DNA of 63,416 nt, counting the filler, from Choristocarpus tenellus KU-1152 (lineage: Eukaryota; Protista; Phaeophyceae): assembly GCA_964200185.2 (NCBI GenBank). It is 12 parts of 12 records of this genome, joined end to end, with 100 filler letters (N's around TTAATTAATTAA, not from the genome) between each part and the next. Parts side by side here need not be neighbours in the genome. Positions count along the whole stretch, not along the records: positions 60,805 to 63,416 come from CAXNAD020026284.1; 11 more parts are not named here. One strand, given 5' to 3'. Made by a program: the position numbers and the translations under genes. Position 1 is the stretch's first letter; the number at the start of each line of letters is the position of its first letter. Positions 62,876-63,416 of the stretch are shown piece by piece. The notes beneath the pieces were generated by a model. That model saw nothing but the letters and a program-made list of their open reading frames with translations. It ran no database searches and had not been told where the DNA came from.

Positions 62876-63238
62876 CTGGGGAAGTAAGTGTACATGCAGG
62901 GATAGCACGAGGAGTGATGTGGGATACCAAGTAAGAGTTGGTTGAGGTTAGGCAAGGGTGGTGGGGACTAGCACGCATATCAAACGAGAGAGAGATAGGG
63001 GTGTCGATGTCTTGTCATAGACAGTGGTGGGAGTCGTGCTCATGGGCTGGTAGTGTTACCACTAAAGAAAAAACAAGGAAGGGGGTCCTCTCAGCCTTGA
63101 ATCTCAGCTGTTAAGGGGGCACGGCCGAATCAGATTAGTGTGGTATAGCTTGAGATTACCCCTGAGCCTGCCCCTCTGTTGTGGAGAACAAGATCACAGC
63201 ATCTGTTTAGAAGAGTCTTGGACATGCCCATGGGGTAT

Positions 63239-63416
63239 GACTCGAAGTATCTGGGGGGGGTGGCAACTGTCCATGTCGCGATTTTTGAGTGATTTGGTTG
63301 CATACGTCGGACGGATAATGTAAATGCACTTTTACTGATTTTGGTCCAAATGGACACTATGGTGTAGCTTCCCCCTCCTCCCCTCCCCCCCCCACCCCCC
63401 CCCCTACTCCCCCCCC
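63239..63416 (-). mobile_element. MITE family B at window end
   Basis: GACTCGAAGTATCT-G run, family B body, CCAAATGGAC box, terminal C run. Confidence 0.85.

Overview
Eukaryotic draft-genome window made of 12 separate contigs joined by 100-bp artificial linkers (N44-TTAATTAATTAA-N44), so order across linkers is not biological. Intron-rich ciliary genes and the transposon types suggest a flagellated stramenopile, possibly a brown-alga relative (inference). Host genes reconstructed by hand: an 11-exon part of SPEF2/CPC1 (minus strand, 5892-16056), 4 exons of cytosolic carboxypeptidase AGBL4/CCP6, 2 exons of IFT25, a PDZ-domain protein, a small secreted cationic Cys-rich protein and tRNA-Asn(GTT). 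Transposons: two decayed Ty1/copia elements, a gypsy RNase H fragment and three plant-mariner-like transposase relics, two of which retain DD40D spacing. The most striking feature is about 30 copies of four related non-autonomous TIR families (here A-D). They share a 14-bp terminus ending in AAAGTATCT plus an internal GTCCATTTGG box. In families A, B and C the box lies about 31 nt from one end and about 41 nt from the other, one helical turn apart and reminiscent of a 12/23-type rule. Family A (GRG...CYC ends) makes 4-bp target-site duplications (TSDs), while family B (GRC...GYC ends) makes 3-bp TSDs. A longer element with the same end and a disrupted ORF (21604-23464) is the candidate autonomous partner.
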